Origin: a virus
Lineage: Duplodnaviria; Caudoviricetes
DNA: 64,000 nt
IMG/VR virus record: IMGVR_UViG_3300031555_001762
Reading direction: 5' to 3' (one strand)
This document shows, one piece after another, positions 59,766 to 64,000 of the stretch (positions are counted from its first letter, which is position 1; each line of letters opens with the position of its first letter). Position numbers and translations under genes: made by a program. The notes under the pieces are model-generated. The model saw only the letters and a list, made by a program, of their open reading frames with translations. It searched no databases and had not been told where the DNA came from.

Positions 59766-60548
59766 TTACTCTGCAACGATGATAGTGAACAGTTCCTCGT
59801 CAACGGAGCAGTAATCCTTGAACATCTTGAAAGTGAATGCATGCTTGCCAGTAGAGGTAAGTGCAAGCTCGACAGAAGAGGGGTCAAGCTTAGCCTTCGG
59901 GCAAACAATCTTGCCAGCATAAACCTTGTTCTCGTTGCAGACATCACGGAAGATGCAGTAAATGACAACTTCGCAAGCCTCTGGGAAGTCAGAAGCCTTG
60001 TTGACAACGCGGACAGCAGAAGTGGACTCATACTGATACTCTACGAAAACCTTGCCAGTCATGCCAGTGGGAAGAGTGATAACACCCTCGTCAGAAACAA
60101 CGAACTCGGTCTCGGAAGCTGCGGAGCCAACCTTGTAAGACTTAGCAGCAGCACCGTTCTCAACAGCGTAAATGAACTTGACGCTATCCTTGACGGGCTT
60201 CTTAGCAAGAGTTACCTCGGTAGCCTCAGCAGGGATGTCAATGAACTCATAAGTCCAGTCGATAATGGTAGCATCCGTACCAGCAACTTCCTTCTTAGAA
60301 CCGAACTGAGCAGCAGCAAGGTCAAGGGAGAGAAGAGAGTTAGTAGCGGTGAACTCAGCCTGCTTGGAACGATACATGGTGGTGATAAGAGCGCCAACAG
60401 CATCGGTAACGTCTTCGCCCTCAGCGGTGCAATTCAGAGAAGGCTCTTCAAGCTGAGTGAGCATGAACAGCTTTTCCTTAGTCTCAAGATCGTGAGCGGT
60501 AAGATAGCGGACACGATCGAGAATCAATTCATTGGGATTGATAGCCAT
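59766..60548 (-). CDS. Major tail tube protein
   Basis: Strong high-expression codon bias, beta-rich, followed by a hairpin (59721-59746); between neck genes and TMP. Confidence 0.75.
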   Translation of the reverse strand: MAINPNELILDRVRYLTAHDLETKEKLFMLTQLEEPSLNCTAEGEDVTDAVGALITTMYRSKQAEFTATNSLLSLDLAAAQFGSKKEVAGTDATIIDWTYEFIDIPAEATEVTLAKKPVKDSVKFIYAVENGAAAKSYKVGSAASETEFVVSDEGVITLPTGMTGKVFVEYQYESTSAVRVVNKASDFPEACEVVIYCIFRDVCNENKVYAGKIVCPKAKLDPSSVELALTSTGKHAFTFKMFKDYCSVDEELFTIIVAE

Positions 60549-60586
60549 ATCATTTCCTCCTTAATATAAACAAAAAATATAAAAAT

Positions 60587-61414
60587 CTATAAATCGCCAG
60601 CCCAGTCTAGACGAGTTTTGTCAATTCCCTTTAAGCTGGCAAATCCAGAATAAGCTCCTTGCAAAAGCAATTCTGCATCCTGAATTTTACTGATTCTTCG
60701 TATATTGTCGAAGAATGCATTTATATGCATATTCCAAATATTGTCATCTCCACACATTCCGCATTTAACTGTCAATGCAGATATAAGCGGTTTTAACGTG
60801 CTTTTATAAGGCTGCTTAGATGCTATCATCGCAGCATCTCTGGCATCCTCAATCAGAATCATTTTCGTAGCCTCGTTAGCAGGAATCTCACAGTTTCTTT
60901 TAAATCCGTGTATTCTTCTAACAATATCTACGATTTGTGAATATACAACTCTATCAATAGTTATGTCACTCTCGGCATTATAGAGAATGATTTCTCCAGT
61001 ACCCTCATGCTTGCAAATGGTAAAATCAGCCAAATCAATATCCTTAAGTACGAGTTGTAATGGGTTTACCAGCATCTCATCCAAATCCTCTTGCGATAAA
61101 GACGATAGCTCCTTTTCATACTTCTCGGGATTACCTGTTAATTCGGCATGTATACGTTTCTTGCTAGACACAACCATCCAAATATATTTAATAAAAAGCT
61201 CGTAATCTTCTATTTCTGTATAGTCGATTTGAGCCATATCCCATAACTGCCACTTCAAATCAGCACCCGTAGCGGTAAGGGTGCGTATGGCACCGAAATA
61301 TCTTTTCTCGCCAAACTTTTCTATCTGACCCAAAGTAGGCTGAATTACGGTTATTTTAGGGGTAATTTGAATGTCGCTACCCCTGTAAATCTTCAACTCA
61401 TCAAATTCAAACAT
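60587..61414 (-). CDS. Conserved morphogenesis protein
   Basis: QPTLGQI...GE..Y; GAYSG; start moved to ATG 61414. Confidence 0.65.
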   Translation of the reverse strand: MFEFDELKIYRGSDIQITPKITVIQPTLGQIEKFGEKRYFGAIRTLTATGADLKWQLWDMAQIDYTEIEDYELFIKYIWMVVSSKKRIHAELTGNPEKYEKELSSLSQEDLDEMLVNPLQLVLKDIDLADFTICKHEGTGEIILYNAESDITIDRVVYSQIVDIVRRIHGFKRNCEIPANEATKMILIEDARDAAMIASKQPYKSTLKPLISALTVKCGMCGDDNIWNMHINAFFDNIRRISKIQDAELLLQGAYSGFASLKGIDKTRLDWAGDL

Positions 61415-61425
61415 AATAACACCAA

Positions 61426-61914
61426 CTATTCTTGAAGGCATAGAGAATCATTGATTTCAGCAACCTCAAAAACCATCTGTCTGTAAAGCCAGTCTTTTTG
61501 ATATGACCCCTCTATGTTACTTTTTAACTTGAGCTTGCCGATTCCAAATAACGATGTACCGTTAAGCTTATTATCTATCAACTTAGAAAGATAATCATTT
61601 CGATTTTCCGTTACTTTTGATATGTTGCTGACCTTCATATGCGCTTCATGTGATAATATCCAAATCTCAACATTGGAATCAACCAATATGTTGCTTCCAG
61701 AATATTGGCGTGGTATATGAACTTGAATTGTAACAAATGTTTTAACGTCGTTAACTGTTGTTGGATTTTGATGAAAATTAAAAATGTATTTATTAACTAG
61801 TTCCTCATTGCAATCTAAATGAGTAGGGTTGATGGCTTTGATAATTGCATCATCATTAATGAATTCTCTGATAATTTTATTCTTGGCCTCGCCAATAACA
61901 GAACTGTTAGACAT
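61426..61914 (-). CDS. Putative tail terminator / neck protein
   Basis: RNDYL...ID..LNG...FGIG; position. Confidence 0.55.
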   Translation of the reverse strand: MSNSSVIGEAKNKIIREFINDDAIIKAINPTHLDCNEELVNKYIFNFHQNPTTVNDVKTFVTIQVHIPRQYSGSNILVDSNVEIWILSHEAHMKVSNISKVTENRNDYLSKLIDNKLNGTSLFGIGKLKLKSNIEGSYQKDWLYRQMVFEVAEINDSLCLQE

Positions 61915-62963
61915 TATAACAACGACTCAACTCTAACAATCAAAGAGGATGAGTATTTGCCGTCCGAATCAGATAGAACTATCTTGAATTCCTCGTCAAC
62001 ATACTCATCGTCATCAATGCCTATGATAAGACGATTATCGGACTCCTCAACTTGCAGCGCATGAGAGAAATCGCAGATAATCTTCCAATGAGGAACGATG
62101 TTCAAAACCTCATCCCCGTTATCATCAAAGAATGCACCAGTAAATATTTGCGAACTGCCACCAGATTTAATTACAGTAGTCTTGTATGAGATAACCGATT
62201 TAGACACAAACTTATCATTTGCATTGTCAACAGCGACCGCATCTTTATCTATGTAATCACAAATACCCAAATCCATTCTGTCTGTTTCTGGATTGTGAGG
62301 ATGCTCCAAAAGAGTAACCTTGACCAATCCTTTTTTGCCATAAAAATAACTAGTGCTATCGTTCTGAGTAACCATAAACGATGTAGGATGCTCTTCGTCT
62401 CTATCCAAGAAGAACCTCTGCGGGTGCTTCAGGGCAACGGTATTCTCATCATATGGCAATGTAATCATATGTTGAGAAGAGCCAATGGTGAACTGCTTAT
62501 TTGACTGTTCGCCAGAGTTGTACTGAGTAGAGTTAATATCATGACAAGGATATTCCAGAATGTCCCCGTTTTTATTTTGCCATCTTAAAATCCAATTACA
62601 CAACGTAAACTTGCCCTGCCAATGAATATTGTCAATATTGAATGATTCAGTGCAAATCAGATATTCATCTGAAGTAGAATCATATACAACATCACCAACA
62701 GAAACAGGGGAGTCGAATAAAGTCTGGAAGCTCATGGTAACGCCATTTGCATTCGAGAAGGCTCTGTTATATATTCGAACCATCAAAGGTTCTTTGCCTT
62801 CATAAGACTTTAATCCCAACTCCCAAAAATAAATACCTAAAGATAGCGAAGCATCATCGAAGAAAGTTGCTTGCAGCAATTCTCTGCTGTTCTTGATATT
62901 TTCATTTCTCAATGATCCACCGCTAAGTCTCATTTTATTATTGAACTTATCTAAACATTTCAT
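61914..62963 (-). CDS. Putative head-tail joining (head closure) protein with C-terminal Ig-like domain
   Basis: VGD.V, CNW.L.W, LPYDENT, D..DLGICDY; position. Confidence 0.6.
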   Translation of the reverse strand: MKCLDKFNNKMRLSGGSLRNENIKNSRELLQATFFDDASLSLGIYFWELGLKSYEGKEPLMVRIYNRAFSNANGVTMSFQTLFDSPVSVGDVVYDSTSDEYLICTESFNIDNIHWQGKFTLCNWILRWQNKNGDILEYPCHDINSTQYNSGEQSNKQFTIGSSQHMITLPYDENTVALKHPQRFFLDRDEEHPTSFMVTQNDSTSYFYGKKGLVKVTLLEHPHNPETDRMDLGICDYIDKDAVAVDNANDKFVSKSVISYKTTVIKSGGSSQIFTGAFFDDNGDEVLNIVPHWKIICDFSHALQVEESDNRLIIGIDDDEYVDEEFKIVLSDSDGKYSSSLIVRVESLL

Positions 62964-62984
62964 TATGACGCATCACCACCTTCA

Positions 62985-63467
62985 TTACATCGGAGGCTCA
63001 TTGAACCTCATTCTATTCTTTCGATATCCAGAACCAAACGTAACTCCGTTTTCCCTAGCTCCCATCCATGCGTAACGAGATAGAAGTGTCTCGTTTTCGC
63101 TTAGGAACCTTTTCTGCATTTCAGTAAGCTTCGAAAGCATGTTCGCTGGGCTAAAAGCATTAAAATCCGTTGAGCTTAAGTTAACCTTAAGCAACGTAGG
63201 AACTCGAACGTAAGTTGCATCGATATATTCTAACAACATGTAGTTTACAAGGATATCAATTTCAATATCTGATAATTCAGAGTTAAATCTCTGCAAAAGA
63301 TCGTCTCTGTCATTCAAATCTTTTCTGCAAACATGAAACTTCGGGATTGCAAAAACAAGATAATCATGCAGACAATCTTTCACATCATCTTCAGTCATTT
63401 GGTAAATTTCATAACTCTGAAGCTTGGGTAAAAAACCTTCATATATTCTTTCATATGGAGTAGGCAT
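62985..63467 (-). CDS. Putative head-tail connector protein
   Basis: TPY..IY..FL, FN.EL...EI.IL..YM, FSPAN.L. Confidence 0.6.
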   Translation of the reverse strand: MPTPYERIYEGFLPKLQSYEIYQMTEDDVKDCLHDYLVFAIPKFHVCRKDLNDRDDLLQRFNSELSDIEIDILVNYMLLEYIDATYVRVPTLLKVNLSSTDFNAFSPANMLSKLTEMQKRFLSENETLLSRYAWMGARENGVTFGSGYRKNRMRFNEPPM

Positions 63468-63491
63468 GATTATCCACCTTTTCCTTAATGA

Positions 63492-63998
63492 CTAACGAAT
63501 AAGGGAGAACAAATCGATCTTCAGGTTCTTCTCCATAGCGCTGATAACAAGTACGTCAGAAACTTTTCCGCTTGCAACCAAGCTCTTAACCTTGTTGCAA
63601 AGGGATAGCTTCAATGAACTTGGAGTAGAAGCGATGCTGTCGCAAATCTTGTTAATATTAGCTTGTGTATAGTTCGATTCGTCCATTAGGAAATCGTATT
63701 TTTCATACGTGCCACCAAGACCAAACTTCTTGATAACGCGCTCATCAAGAGGCTTTAACCACATGCTCTTGAAATAAGTCTTGTGCTTCTGCCACATGCG
63801 CTGCACTACATCGAAAGACATTGGCTCAACCTGTCCAGCTTCTTCCCATTTGTACATGTCTCCAGTATGAGAGTCTTTGTAGCTCACATTTGGGATGAGG
63901 GAGATAACTAGGATTTCATCGTCCTTCTCAAGAGGTGCAACAACGGCAACCTTTTTAACTGGCTTTTCCTCTACAATTTCCATTTCTTCTACATTCAT
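63492..63998 (-). CDS. Hypothetical head-region protein (start at window edge)
   Basis: 168-aa ORF; upstream context not visible. Confidence 0.6.
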   Translation of the reverse strand: MNVEEMEIVEEKPVKKVAVVAPLEKDDEILVISLIPNVSYKDSHTGDMYKWEEAGQVEPMSFDVVQRMWQKHKTYFKSMWLKPLDERVIKKFGLGGTYEKYDFLMDESNYTQANINKICDSIASTPSSLKLSLCNKVKSLVASGKVSDVLVISAMEKNLKIDLFSLIR

Positions 63999-64000
63999 AT

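Larger units (their letters stand above)
1..64000. mobile_element. Large temperate siphovirus (SPbeta/c-st-like organisation), partial genome
   Basis: Phage gene content throughout; convergent early and late arms; recombinase upstream of TMP; no evident host chromosome junction. Confidence 0.9.

Noticed and set aside
59841-60569. 242-aa + strand ORF
   Set aside because: Antisense shadow of the tail tube gene
1-64000. Stop-codon reassignment; tRNA/rRNA genes
   Set aside because: Long genes are intact in the standard code with dense packing; no cloverleaf or rRNA seen by eye (tRNAscan not run)

Overview
The window is a 64-kb piece of a large, AT-rich temperate siphovirus with SPbeta/c-st-like gene order, probably infecting an anaerobic Gram-positive host. 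The + strand (1-13.3 kb) carries nucleotide-metabolism genes (nrdD, nrdG, dut, thyX-like, DUF3310), a SLOG / Pol-beta nucleotidyltransferase / CCA-adding-enzyme cluster, a tyrosine integrase followed by an apparently intact attP, and a type II parCMR partition locus. The - strand (64 kb down to 13.4 kb) is one late operon: head-tail joining genes, tail tube, RecU, a Cre-type tyrosine recombinase, a ~3000-aa tape measure protein, Dit/Tal-like genes, a lysis cassette, a 2461-aa protein with a CotH-like kinase domain, and 17 further fibre/adhesin genes. The most striking signal is in the fibre genes: short C-terminal motifs of one gene are repeatedly followed by a specific N-terminal motif in the next, suggesting a head-to-tail docking code for a modular, branched appendage. 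Other notable signals are integration plus plasmid-type partition and dimer resolution in one genome, tandem NrdR boxes downstream of nrdDG-dut, a recurring operator-like motif, and several unusual inverted repeats. I saw no CRISPR array, tRNA, rRNA, reverse transcriptase or recoding. Family calls come from motif recognition by eye, not database searches. Several starts were moved from the ORF track to fit RBS spacing.
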